Origin: Nitrospirota bacterium
GTDB taxonomy: Bacteria; Nitrospirota; UBA9217
Direction: 5' to 3'
Length of the DNA: 64,000 bases
Assembly (NCBI GenBank): GCA_963751455.1
Contig: CAVVUN010000003.1
Span: 288,001-352,000 of the forward strand
Positions within the stretch are counted from its first letter, which is position 1, and every line of letters starts with the position of its first letter. The notes beneath the pieces were generated by a model. The model saw only the letters and a program-made list of their open reading frames with translations. It was not told the origin of the DNA and did not search any database. The translations under genes and the position numbers were made by a program. Of this stretch, positions 20,063 through 29,999 are shown one piece after another.

Positions 20063-20800
20063 ATGAGACAATTACCTGTCCTCTACCAGGACGAATATCT
20101 CGTTGCCGTGAATAAGCCATCTGGTCTTCTGGTTCACCGGAGCGACATAGCCCGCCATGAAACGGAAAACGCCATGAAGACCGTCCGGAACCAGCTGCGG
20201 CAATGGGTCTATCCGTTCCATCGCCTCGACAGGTCCACGTCAGGCGTCCTGTTGTTCGGATTGGACCAGGAGACGGCCCGGCGCATGACGCAGTTTTTCA
20301 CCGACGATAAAATTTCAAAAAGTTATCTTGCCGTCGTACGTGGGTACACCAGGGAGGAAGAGCGGATCGATCATCCCTTGAAGGAACGGCGGGACAGGAT
20401 GGCCGATCAAAAGGCGGACAAGGACAAGCCCGCGCAGCAGGCCATTACCGCCTATAGGCGGCTGGCGACCGTTGAACTGCCCCAGCCCGTCGGGCGTTAT
20501 GCCACGGCACGTTATTCCCTTGTACAGGTGAAGCCACAGACGGGCCGCAACCACCAGATACGGCGTCACATGAAGCACATATTTCACCCGGTGGTCGGCG
20601 ATACCACCTACGGAGACGGCAAACAGAACGATTTTTTCCGGAAGAATTTCAACTGCGATCGCCTGCTGCTGCATGCCGGCAGGATCGAGTTCACGCATCC
20701 CTTTACCTGCGGGCGGATTGTTATTCAAGCCGCCCTCGATGAAAAATTCAGAACGCTTCTTAAAGCCCTGGACTGGGGTACGATCGCGGTCTCCTCGTGA
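20063..20800 (+). CDS. truC: tRNA pseudouridine synthase C-like (RluA family)
   Basis: VNKPSGLLVH, HRLDRSTSG, TGRNHQIRRHMKHIFHPVVGD. Confidence 0.8.
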   Translation: MRQLPVLYQDEYLVAVNKPSGLLVHRSDIARHETENAMKTVRNQLRQWVYPFHRLDRSTSGVLLFGLDQETARRMTQFFTDDKISKSYLAVVRGYTREEERIDHPLKERRDRMADQKADKDKPAQQAITAYRRLATVELPQPVGRYATARYSLVQVKPQTGRNHQIRRHMKHIFHPVVGDTTYGDGKQNDFFRKNFNCDRLLLHAGRIEFTHPFTCGRIVIQAALDEKFRTLLKALDWGTIAVSS

Positions 20801-20913
20801 AGCCGGAATAACCGGCAGGGAAAAGCAGAGAGAATTGAGAAGAAATCATTAATGTCCCTGCGTATCGCTTCGCGGACTCCGCGTCTCCTCGTGAGCAAAA
20901 AAATTTAAAGCCT

Positions 20914-21546
20914 ATGCGATCGTACGATCCCAAAAATCGCGGTCACAAGCGGCCGTCTCAGCATCAGCGCAGCAGCGTGGATATTGACATCGAGTCGCTC
21001 CTTCAGCTCGAGAACCGCTGCAACGGGTGCGCGAAGGGCGATAAGTGCTGCTGCTCATCGTACGAGGTCTGTGTTACCGCTGCGGAGATAAAGAGGATAA
21101 TCAGGGTCCTTCCCGAAGCTGCCAAGCTCTGCCCCCGTCTGCTGACTGCGCGGGGATATGACAATGTGTTCGAGGAAGAGGAGCCGGGCCTTTTTTCCAT
21201 CGACACGAACGAGGACGGCCTCTGTGTCTTCGCCTATTGGTCCAATGGCCGGACACACTGCTCCCTGCACACCGTCGCCATGACGCTCGGCCTGCCCCTG
21301 GAGCAGGTGAAGCCGAAAGTTTGCCTTCTCTGGCCAATGCACTTCTCTGATGGCGAAGAGGTCCTCGCCACGATCAACGATGCATTTCTGTTCAAATGCA
21401 ATGTCCGGAAAGCGCCTGGTTCGCGCAGACTGGACGAGGGGTTTGTCGAAACAATCGAGCGCGTGTACGGCGAGGGATGCGGGGCCCAGGTGATGCAGGC
21501 GGCAGAGAACGGGGACCGCCGGACGCTGCTGATAGTACGGCGCTGA
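20914..21546 (+). CDS. Cys-rich Zn/Fe-chelating protein (YkgJ/DUF3109-like)
   Basis: CNGC..CCC, GLCVF, CSLH and KPKVCLLWP motifs. Confidence 0.7.
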   Translation: MRSYDPKNRGHKRPSQHQRSSVDIDIESLLQLENRCNGCAKGDKCCCSSYEVCVTAAEIKRIIRVLPEAAKLCPRLLTARGYDNVFEEEEPGLFSIDTNEDGLCVFAYWSNGRTHCSLHTVAMTLGLPLEQVKPKVCLLWPMHFSDGEEVLATINDAFLFKCNVRKAPGSRRLDEGFVETIERVYGEGCGAQVMQAAENGDRRTLLIVRR

Positions 21547-21688
21547 GAGTCAGGCTCACGCAGGACCGTAACCGCCTGCCGTTGCCATGACCAGGCAAGC
21601 ACTCTTTGCGGCTTGGCGGTTTTGTGTGAGAACAAATCAAATCGTGGTTTCCCAAAAGGCAACGGTCACAAATTAGGAATTAAAATGC

Positions 21689-23824
21689 TTGGTTACCCAT
21701 TCGCACACTGCTAAGGTGTGGACTTTTTGGTCCAAGCCTGCTATCCTTTCCTGCATGGTCGCCACCATCCGCATACGGAACTTCTCCACAGCTCTTAAGT
21801 TTATCCTCGTATTTTTTTTGATCTCCTTCACCATGGCCCACGCGGGCATTCGTCCGGCATTCGCTGACTCAGCGGCGGAGCAGAACATGCCGATGAAGGC
21901 GGTTGCAGTGTTCCATTGCGACTACTCACCGGTCTCTTTCTGGGACAAAAATACAAACAGACCTTCAGGATTTTTTGTCGATGTTATGGACAGCATTGCC
22001 GGTCCTGCGGGTCTGGATGTGAAATATATCTGCAAGGACGGCTGGCCGGAAATAATAGCCGCAATCCAGGGCGGTGAGGCGGACTTCGGCGTCCTGATGA
22101 AAAGCGAAGAGCGTGAGAAAATCATGCTGTTCAGCTCCCCGATCGAAGCGAGCTACCTTTCCTTTTTCGCCCGTTCTCAAGGACGTGTCGACCCGGACAG
22201 AATACCCGACGGACACACGGTGGGCGTTGTAAGAGGCAGTATGTCCTATGAGCAGTTGAAAAAGCGCACCGGGTTCAATCTGCAGACAGAAGGCACGTAC
22301 CAGGAAGGCATTTTCAGGCTGCTGGCCGGCAAGATCGATTTGTTCGCGGGCGAAGATTCCATGATATTGAAAACCGCCAGGGATGCGGGCCTGGATGACC
22401 GCATAGCAAAAGTCGGCAAACCTTTTCTTGAACGGGTAAGATGCCTGGCCGTAGGCAAGAACAATGATCGAATGCTTGCACGGCTGAACAAAGCCCTGCA
22501 GGGGTTTACCGGAAGTTCGGAATATCAGCGGATTTACCTCAAATGGTACGGCGCGCCTGCTCCGTACTGGACGGCCAGGAAAATACTCTTCTCAAGCGGG
22601 CTTTTTCTGATCATCGCCGTTTGCGGAATGGCAGTATGGCGATACATCTCTATTTGGAAAATCAACCAAGAGCTGACTGTCAACATCGCCGAGCGCAAAC
22701 AAGTGGAAAAGCAGCTGACTACGGCGGTTATCAGTTCCGATCAGGAAAAAGCAAAAACCGAGGCAGTCATTGCCGCGATAGGCGACGGACTCGTTATTGT
22801 GGACAGGGACTTTAAAATCCTCTATCTCAACGAAGTTATGAAGAAAATGCTCGGAGACCTCGCGGGCGAAGTGTGCTACAAGGCCGGCGAGGGAAGAGAA
22901 ACCATCTGCGAAAACTGCCCTGTCGACCTTTCTCTCAGGGACGGTCAGATCCACCGCGTTGAGAGGACCCGGACCGCCGGGACGACAATTACTCACATGG
23001 ACATTACCTCGTCTCCTTTGCGGAATGCGTCAGGGGAGATCATTGCGGTTATCGAAATGGTCCGGGACATTACCGGGCGGAAGCGGGCGGAGGAAGTGCT
23101 GAGCAGGTCCCGATACGAGCTTGAGGTCCTTGTGGGGGAACGAACCGCGGAACTGACGAGGATCAACGACCAGCTCAGAAATCTTTCCGTACATCTTCAG
23201 AATGCACGGGAAAACGAGCGTACGAGGATCGCGCGTGAAATTCATGACGACCTGGGCCAGTCTCTCACGGCTCTCAAAATGGAGATCTCTCTTCTGAGGA
23301 AAAATCCGGTAAAAGACCGGAAAACCATGATCGAAAAGGCACAATCCATGACCGCTCTCGTGGAAGCGACGATCGAGAGTGTGAAAAGGATTTCAACGGA
23401 CCTGAGGCCGGGAATACTTGACCATCTCGGTCTTACTTCGGCCATAGAGTGGCAGGCCGAAGAGTTCGAAAAGAGGACCGGCATTTCCTGCATGGTAAAC
23501 TGTGATCCGGAGCAAATGCATCTTGACAGGGACCGGTCAACGACCGTGTTTCGCATCGTTCAGGAAACACTTACAAACACGGCACGCCACGCGAATGCCA
23601 CGAAAATCCGCATTCACCTGAAGCTGCAGGACGAATACCTGACACTCCGGGTCGAAGATAACGGCAGGGGCATTGCCGAAAGCGAGATATCAGACCCGAA
23701 GTCACTTGGCCTTATCGGCATCAGGGAACGGGTTAATAACTGGGGAGGATCGCTGGGGATAACAGGGAGCAGAAAAACTGGAACCATCGTAACTGTGCGG
23801 ATCCCCCTCGATTCCGCGGGTTGA
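21689..23824 (+). CDS. sensor histidine kinase (periplasmic SBP, PAS, HisKA_3, HATPase)
   Basis: ERTRIAREIHDDLGQSLT, QETLTNTARHA, DNGRG, GLIGIRER; start uncertain. Confidence 0.9.
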   Translation: MVTHSHTAKVWTFWSKPAILSCMVATIRIRNFSTALKFILVFFLISFTMAHAGIRPAFADSAAEQNMPMKAVAVFHCDYSPVSFWDKNTNRPSGFFVDVMDSIAGPAGLDVKYICKDGWPEIIAAIQGGEADFGVLMKSEEREKIMLFSSPIEASYLSFFARSQGRVDPDRIPDGHTVGVVRGSMSYEQLKKRTGFNLQTEGTYQEGIFRLLAGKIDLFAGEDSMILKTARDAGLDDRIAKVGKPFLERVRCLAVGKNNDRMLARLNKALQGFTGSSEYQRIYLKWYGAPAPYWTARKILFSSGLFLIIAVCGMAVWRYISIWKINQELTVNIAERKQVEKQLTTAVISSDQEKAKTEAVIAAIGDGLVIVDRDFKILYLNEVMKKMLGDLAGEVCYKAGEGRETICENCPVDLSLRDGQIHRVERTRTAGTTITHMDITSSPLRNASGEIIAVIEMVRDITGRKRAEEVLSRSRYELEVLVGERTAELTRINDQLRNLSVHLQNARENERTRIAREIHDDLGQSLTALKMEISLLRKNPVKDRKTMIEKAQSMTALVEATIESVKRISTDLRPGILDHLGLTSAIEWQAEEFEKRTGISCMVNCDPEQMHLDRDRSTTVFRIVQETLTNTARHANATKIRIHLKLQDEYLTLRVEDNGRGIAESEISDPKSLGLIGIRERVNNWGGSLGITGSRKTGTIVTVRIPLDSAG

Positions 23825-23973
23825 TAAGTAAAGCTCCGGGCTGGGGCGGGCCAGGCGGCCCTTAGCTGCACTGGAACGGCCGGAATCATATACGCGGTTC
23901 ACTCAGGAAGACGTACCTGGATTTCACAGGCATAGGCGGAACTGTGGAGAACGCAGAAGGACGCGTAACAAAA

Positions 23974-24705
23974 ATGCAGCGAAAAAAATCCTCGATTCTA
24001 GTTGTCGACAGCAGCGCCTCCTATATTTTTTATGTTGCAATGCTGCTCAAGAAATTCCAATATGACGTTCAGATAGCTTCCACCGCAGAAGACGCCATCA
24101 GGCTTATTGCGCGCTCAGCTCCAAGCGTTGTAATCACCGATACTACCCTTCCGAAAATGAGCGGCGTTGATCTGCTGAAACAGTTGAAGAAAAATTCCAG
24201 TCTCAGCTTTATCCCGGTGATGATCCATACAGCAGACCCGAATCCGGCAATCAAGGCTGTGTGCATGGATGCACGTTGTGCCGGCTATTTTATAAAGCCA
24301 GTGGAACCGGATGCGCTGTACCGAACGATCCAGGCGGCAACAGAAGCCACGCCCAGACAGACAATCCGGATCAGGGTCACTCTCAAAGCACGGATCACCG
24401 GTGCGGGAGCCGGACCGGCCAACAGAGTCGAGGACGTTACCAGTCTCTCCGACGGCGGGCTTTACATCAAAACCTCAGTGCCCGAACCCGTCAATGTCCT
24501 TGTTCCTCTCAAACTGTTGATCCGCAAACGCGAGCTCGCGCTGACGGCCGTTGTGCTTTACAGCTCCGTCAAAATCGGCGGTCCGCATTCTGAGCCGGGT
24601 ATGGGGCTGAAGTTTGTGACTATAGAACCGGAAGACCGCAACTTTATCCGCGAATACATCCGGGAGCAGGTTATGACTACTATGGGGACCGAACCCCGGA
24701 AGTGA
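23974..24705 (+). CDS. response regulator receiver + PilZ domain protein
   Basis: ILVVD...ITDTTLPKMSG...KP receiver; RQTIR...SLSDGG...GMGLKF PilZ motifs. Confidence 0.85.
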   Translation: MQRKKSSILVVDSSASYIFYVAMLLKKFQYDVQIASTAEDAIRLIARSAPSVVITDTTLPKMSGVDLLKQLKKNSSLSFIPVMIHTADPNPAIKAVCMDARCAGYFIKPVEPDALYRTIQAATEATPRQTIRIRVTLKARITGAGAGPANRVEDVTSLSDGGLYIKTSVPEPVNVLVPLKLLIRKRELALTAVVLYSSVKIGGPHSEPGMGLKFVTIEPEDRNFIREYIREQVMTTMGTEPRK

Positions 24706-24806
24706 CGAAAAGCTGTCGGCTTCGGGAATCACCCGTTTCTTCGAAAACCTAAGTGTTGCCTCTTCTTGGCGCGAGGAGTAAAATGTAACTGTAGAGGAAG
24801 AAGGGA

Positions 24807-25001
24807 ATGACTAGAATGACTACACGCTCAAATACCAATACGGGCGGGCCCGGAAAAGAGACAAAAGAGAGGGCGTCGCTTCCGGTCGCGGCTAAAGAGG
24901 GCTCGTGCAGGTGCAAGGAAACTTCCGAAATGAAGCCCCGGCAGCTTCTGAAGCTCATGTTGAGCGACCTGGCTTTCTGGAAAAAAACGAAAAGGGGATA
25001 A
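24807..25001 (+). CDS. small hypothetical protein
   Basis: GAAGGGA RBS; CRC motif and amphipathic C-terminus. Confidence 0.35.
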   Translation: MTRMTTRSNTNTGGPGKETKERASLPVAAKEGSCRCKETSEMKPRQLLKLMLSDLAFWKKTKRG

Positions 25002-25150
25002 TACAGAACCTCAAGAAGGGGCTTGCTCGGATTAACACGGACTTTGAGACGCAACGGATAGGTTCTCAGCTTAATTTATTAAGTTTATCGAGGATTATTC
25101 GTGCCGTGGCGAAACCTGGGTTTTCAGTTTTTTTGGAGGAGAAATCATTT

Positions 25151-25756
25151 ATGGGTGAAAGACAGGTATTCCAGCCTCTCACGAGGGAAGAGAAAATAAC
25201 GGTTGTGCTCTACCGTGCCGGTATAGCGCTAGCTGCGGTCATTATGAGCGGCTTGGCATATCTACTGGTAATAGCATCTTCCAACACCGATGCCGCAGTC
25301 ATAGGCCGATCAGCGGATGTCCTTGCCTATGGCCTTTATGTGTCCGTCGGCATGAGCGTATTCTTTATTCATTTGTATATAGGCAAGTTCAAAGTCTACC
25401 TGAAAAACCTGTACTTCATCAGCCTCGGCTGTCTGGTCCTGCTCCTCTTCCTCGGAAATGGCTCCGTATCCGGCGTGGTTGCGCAGAAAGCTTACGGCTC
25501 GCTGCTCCTGCTGCCCCTTTCCGGATGCCTGGGATTCGTTGCCGCAAAGGAAGCCTTCTGCTTTCAGCTTTTCGAGGGCTACTTCCTTGCCATGATCATG
25601 CCGGCCTACCTGGTTCTCGTCTCAAGCTCTGCTCTCACCGGCAGGGGAGCGTCCTATGGCCTGGTCCTGATCGCCGCTATGCTGATTATCTTCACACTGC
25701 GAAAAGTATTTATGCCCGTCGCATACGATATCGGCGACAAAACGGCCTATCGGTAA
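25151..25756 (+). CDS. DUF2301-like integral membrane protein
   Basis: IHLYI, KEAFCF..EG and DIGDKT motifs; GGAGGAG RBS. Confidence 0.8.
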   Translation: MGERQVFQPLTREEKITVVLYRAGIALAAVIMSGLAYLLVIASSNTDAAVIGRSADVLAYGLYVSVGMSVFFIHLYIGKFKVYLKNLYFISLGCLVLLLFLGNGSVSGVVAQKAYGSLLLLPLSGCLGFVAAKEAFCFQLFEGYFLAMIMPAYLVLVSSSALTGRGASYGLVLIAAMLIIFTLRKVFMPVAYDIGDKTAYR

Positions 25757-25762
25757 ACCCTT

Positions 25763-26356
25763 ATGCCCATCCTCATGCGCGTCTTTTCAGACTATATCTG
25801 ACCCTTCTGCTATATCGGCGAAGGTATCGTCGAAAAGCTGAAGCAGGAATTCGACCTGAGCGTCGAATGGCAAGGGATGGAGATCCATCCTGAGACACCG
25901 CCGGAAGGTATGCCGATGACGGCCCGGTTCAAAAAGGAGGACATCACCCGCGTTATGCAGCATCTGCGGACAGCGGGCGCGCCGTACGGGATCACATTTG
26001 CTGACCGCCCGTTTCTTTCGAACTCCCACTTGGCGCTTCAAGCTGCTGAATTCGCCCGCGATCACGGCAAATTTCGGGAACTCCACACCTCTCTCTTCAC
26101 AACTTATTTTTCCGTCGGCCTCGACATCGGCAATATCGACATACTGACTGAACTGGCTGAGGATGCCGGCCTTGATGCCGGAGCGATGAGGAACGCCCTG
26201 CAGGATGGGACGTACTTGCCCCGGCTCGAAGAAGCGAAGCAGGAGGCTGCTCTTCGGAACGTAACCAGCGTGCCTACGTTTTTTTTAGGCGACAAAAAGA
26301 CCATCGTCGGCGCGCAGCCGCTGGACGTATTCAGGAAGACCCTGCGCTCACTGTAA
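25763..26356 (+). CDS. DsbA/FrnE-family oxidoreductase, selenoprotein (UxxC)
   Basis: MPILMRVFSDYI-TGA-PFCYIG reads in frame into EIHPE...VTSVPTF...IVGAQP; TGA at 25799-25801 sits at the first Cys of CPFC. Confidence 0.85.
25815..25833 (+). promoter_or_regulatory. bacterial SECIS-like hairpin
   Basis: TCGGCGA-AGGTA-TCGTCGA stem-loop; the G-containing loop starts about 20 nt after the UGA. Confidence 0.65.
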
Positions 26357-26424
26357 CCGGCAAAGGTCAGTGATCGTCGTGCCGGAAGGCGCTCTCTTAA
26401 GCGAGAGGTCGCAAAAGGAGACAA

Positions 26425-27039
26425 GTGGCTATTATACAGTACAGTACAAAACGGCATTTACCGGGTGTTCTTATTGCAGGAATCCTCATGCTTCAGAGCT
26501 GCAGTTACACGGCATTGCCGCGCAGCGTGCCGATCATCAGGGAAATGGAGGGGGATTCATTTCAAGGGATCTCGGTGCTGGTGACGAACGCGGAGCCCGA
26601 CGCGGCGGAAAGGCCTATCCCGGCAGAAACGAAGAAGAGCTCAGCTTTTAAAGCGAATAAACGCGCATGGTCCCAGAAACTGGTCGAGTCCCTTGCCGGA
26701 GAGCTTGCCCGGCGCGGCGCCGACATTCGCGTTTCAGCCCCCGTGATTATGAGTGTAGCGGTGCCGGAGATCGTTATTATTGAGACCCGGGAGCTTCTCG
26801 GGCTAAAGGCCAAGGCTGCAGTCACTGTGACATCAGGCTGGACAAAAGAGTTCGAAGGCGCGGCAAAAACGGAAACAGCCGGTGTTTCTTCCGCGTCCGC
26901 GGAGATGGACCGGCTGGCAGGCCGGGCTCTTTCGGAGATCATCAAGCAGATCATCTCGGATGCTGAACTTTTAGAGCAGTTGAGGGCACCTCACTCAAAA
27001 AAGGACATGGAGAAAGATGAAAAAGAGTCGACGCGGTGA
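26425..27039 (+). CDS. putative lipoprotein
   Basis: LQSC lipobox; AAGGAG RBS before GTG. Confidence 0.7.
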   Translation: MAIIQYSTKRHLPGVLIAGILMLQSCSYTALPRSVPIIREMEGDSFQGISVLVTNAEPDAAERPIPAETKKSSAFKANKRAWSQKLVESLAGELARRGADIRVSAPVIMSVAVPEIVIIETRELLGLKAKAAVTVTSGWTKEFEGAAKTETAGVSSASAEMDRLAGRALSEIIKQIISDAELLEQLRAPHSKKDMEKDEKESTR

Positions 27040-27141
27040 CTCATTCCGCAGCAGGACCTTGACAGGGCGTCTGCACGATCTCAAGCTCGCAACTTGTGCG
27101 ACAACTTCCCTAGTACCTCGCTCGATTCGAGCTGCATAAAA

Positions 27142-27642
27142 TTAAGCTGCCTTCTTAAACTGCTCTTTCTGCACCTGTACTTCTCTCTTGGCCGGCTGCT
27201 GCACTCCCTCAATTGTCTGCACAGCGCTCTCTTCCGCTAATAGCAGGGTCGTGTCCGTTTCTTTCTTCATTTTCTTCTTATTCTGGTCCTGCCAAACTGC
27301 TGCAATAAGCGCTCCCAGCTCGAACGCTATAATGCGTGCGGCAACAGGATCGTCCTTCACAAACTGCAGGACACGGTTTGTCGCTTTCGAGGCGCTGTCC
27401 TGAGCAGCCAGTCCGATCCTCGACGCGGAATCCTTGGCCCTGCCTGCAAGCTGTTTTCCCCGTGAGGCTGCGCTCAGTGCTTTGCTCCTCACTTTTTCCT
27501 TCATTACCCACTTCCAGTGGCCGACAGACAATCTTTCCTCGATTTGGCTTATCGTTTCGGTTATTTCTCCTCTGACTTTCGCTATATCGCGCTCGATTAT
27601 ATCAGGAGGCATGTCTTTTGTTATGCTTTTATTCTCAGCCAT
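27142..27642 (-). CDS. DUF3618/ElaB-like hypothetical protein
   Basis: IERDIAKVRGEITETISQIEERLS; GAAGGGAG RBS. Confidence 0.65.
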   Translation of the reverse strand: MAENKSITKDMPPDIIERDIAKVRGEITETISQIEERLSVGHWKWVMKEKVRSKALSAASRGKQLAGRAKDSASRIGLAAQDSASKATNRVLQFVKDDPVAARIIAFELGALIAAVWQDQNKKKMKKETDTTLLLAEESAVQTIEGVQQPAKREVQVQKEQFKKAA

Positions 27643-27915
27643 TCTGTGTCTCCCTTCAAAGGTTGATATTGATTTAATCGCTTTTGAAATCAACAAATGC
27701 TCTTCTGATCCGGGGGACTTACTTAAAACTATTTTAAGATTATCGCTGTTCACAACGCCTGTCAAATCAGGAGAAAAGCAGTCGGCTTTTTTCTTTGAAC
27801 CCGGGATTCCCTATCTTTCATGAGACGATATACTTAATGAGAGGATTAAAGCGGATGAGTGCGTTGCCTGCGATTCTATTTATTTTATTGATTTTTAGTC
27901 GAGCGTCTCTGCGGT

Positions 27916-28899
27916 TCAGCACGAAACATCGTGCCTATGGTGCCGCCGGTACCGAAGGTATTCCACCAGACCGAAAAGGGATGCGAGAGCCATGGAAAGG
28001 AACCAAAGGAAGGATATGGATGTGCTGACAGAAGCCGGAATGCCGACAAGGCTGAAGAGCAGAACAAATGCACTCTCCCGTATGCCGAAACCGGAGATTG
28101 AAAGAGGAATAATCATTGCTGTAAGAATGACCGGAACGAGAATAAAGAGGGCGGTGAAGGACAGTTTCTCGCCCATGCCCATCGCTATCACAGCGATCAT
28201 CAAAATAAGCAGGGCCTGGCCCACTGCCGACAGCGCCGCCAGTTCCAGCAGTATGCTTTTTTTCTTGAGGACATCCGCGGTATAATCGTAAAAAGCCGAA
28301 AGCGTTGATATGCTTTTCCCAATCCGCAGCTTGAAAAAAACAAGACTGATCAATAAAAACACCGTGAAGAAAAGAGGAATCGCCGTGTGCATTCCAATCG
28401 TCTTCAGCTCCTTAAAAGCGGCTAATCCGGCAATCAGGCCCATTGACAGTCGTACAAAAACACCCATGTAGCGGTCGAGGAACACCGATCCAAAACTCAT
28501 TCCTCCGTTTCGGGTCTCTCCGTACAGATAATACACCTTTACTACGTCACCGCCGATTGCGCCGGGCAGAATATTATTGAAGAAGCTGCCGATCAGCTGG
28601 AGGGAAAAGAGTTTTCCAACAGGATACTGTTTGTTAAGCAGCAGCCGCAGTCTGAGTGAAGCAAGGAGCGCAATTACGAGATAAATAAGGGAGGCAAGCA
28701 GAAAATACCAGGGACTCATTGAGCGAAGGTGCTCGAGCACATTGCGGGGCCCGGCCTTTTTTAAGACAGCATACAGAAGTAATGCGCTGACGAAGACCTT
28801 GATTGACAGCAACACCATTCTTTTTTTCGGGCTGGATGAGTTACTCAAGCCCTTGTACGCGGCTTGGATCGCCGTAATTTTTTCGAGTAGAAATTCCAT
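27916..28899 (-). CDS. lysylphosphatidylglycerol-synthase TM / flippase-like (UPF0104) protein
   Basis: FFNNILPGAIGGDVVK, DRYMG, PLSISGFGIRE. Confidence 0.85.
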   Translation of the reverse strand: MEFLLEKITAIQAAYKGLSNSSSPKKRMVLLSIKVFVSALLLYAVLKKAGPRNVLEHLRSMSPWYFLLASLIYLVIALLASLRLRLLLNKQYPVGKLFSLQLIGSFFNNILPGAIGGDVVKVYYLYGETRNGGMSFGSVFLDRYMGVFVRLSMGLIAGLAAFKELKTIGMHTAIPLFFTVFLLISLVFFKLRIGKSISTLSAFYDYTADVLKKKSILLELAALSAVGQALLILMIAVIAMGMGEKLSFTALFILVPVILTAMIIPLSISGFGIRESAFVLLFSLVGIPASVSTSISFLWFLSMALASLFGLVEYLRYRRHHRHDVSC

Positions 28900-29079
28900 T
28901 ACAATGAGTGATGAAAAGAAGCTTCCCGCTACGCTCGGCATGACAAAGGTGTGGGGTTTCCGGCTTTTTACAAGTTCATCAAAATCATGTTCCTAAATCT
29001 GCTAATGCTGCACCTCTGGGGTTGTGCTTAAATGTAAGCGGTCAGTATACTACAATAAACGGAAAGAAAAGGGAAGAGG

Positions 29080-29278
29080 GGTGCAGCTTATAAAGCCGGC
29101 GCGGCCGGCGCTTGAAGCGGTATTGGCACTGAACAGCCTTGCCGGGAAACAGTTTAAGCACATCTCTCTGTCTCAGAGGAGGCAGTTTCTCTGGTGGATC
29201 GAGAGCGCAAAGCAGCAAGAGACGTAGACCAGGAGAATCGAGAAGACCGTGGAGCTTCTCTCGAATAAAAGTCGATGA
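29080..29278 (+). pseudogene. YdeI/OmdA-domain remnant
   Basis: SQRRQFLWWIESAKQQET*TRRIEK with an in-frame TAG; N-terminal part missing. Confidence 0.6.
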
Positions 29279-29285
29279 ACGATTA

Positions 29286-29559
29286 CTAGTGCACTGTAAA
29301 ACTAATTCTTGATTGTATTGCACCTTTAGCCGGGTCCAGTAGTCAGTTACAAATCGAATTCCTCTCAAAACGGCAGGAACATTTACCGCGAAGTCGCGAG
29401 GAACGCGAGGAAAGCGAAATTCCCGGCCACAGGATAGTATTGCCTTCCTGGCGACCTTTGCGCCCTCGCGGTTCAATCTTTTTAGTTCCGGCTTGTTGGC
29501 TTAAAGCACACCGTAATGACGTCGTGGAACTATTAACAACTAAGTTTACGTTGTACTAG
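29286..29559. mobile_element. composite MITE with CTAG-bounded terminal inverted repeats, copy 1
   Basis: CTAGTGCACTGTAAA ... TTTACGTTGTACTAG; homologous to 54268..54572. Confidence 0.8.
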
Positions 29560-29657
29560 TATAGCCCGCCAGGCGTCCATGGAAACGGTATGGCCGTGAA
29601 CGACGGCTGCTCGCGCTAGCCCTGAGCAGCGCTCACCGCGGCAAAAAACGCCGCTTA

Positions 29658-29798
29658 TTATCTTTTCTTTTTCTGATGTCCGGGCGTCAATTCCTTCTTG
29701 ATCTGACCGGGCGGCACATGCTTTTTTACAATGCACGCTGATGCCGTTCCCAGCACGAATACGCTGAGCATAAGCACTATAATGAATCTGTTTCTCAT
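29658..29798 (-). CDS. small lipoprotein with PPGQxKK motif
   Basis: MRNRFIIVLMLSVFVLGTASAC followed by PPGQIKK..PGHQKK; AAGGGG RBS. Confidence 0.65.
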   Translation of the reverse strand: MRNRFIIVLMLSVFVLGTASACIVKKHVPPGQIKKELTPGHQKKKR

Positions 29799-29999
29799 GT
29801 CAAGCCCCCTTACCAGTAGAGAACATTTCTGCACCGGATTAAAAAATTTCGCTATGTTCCATGAATTTTTCGACGAAGTCAATAGTTTTCTATTGGGCCT
29901 GACAACGCAGTCCGCTGTTAACATAATCTCCTGCAAATTTTGATACAATAAGATATTAACACGGCCGCATTCTCTTGTATCCCTGATTAAGGAGTTTAA

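Noticed and set aside
29224-29228. In-frame TAG in the OmdA-like fragment as pyrrolysine readthrough
   Set aside because: The gene is 5'-truncated and abuts a MITE, and no pyl genes are seen; a nonsense mutation is simpler
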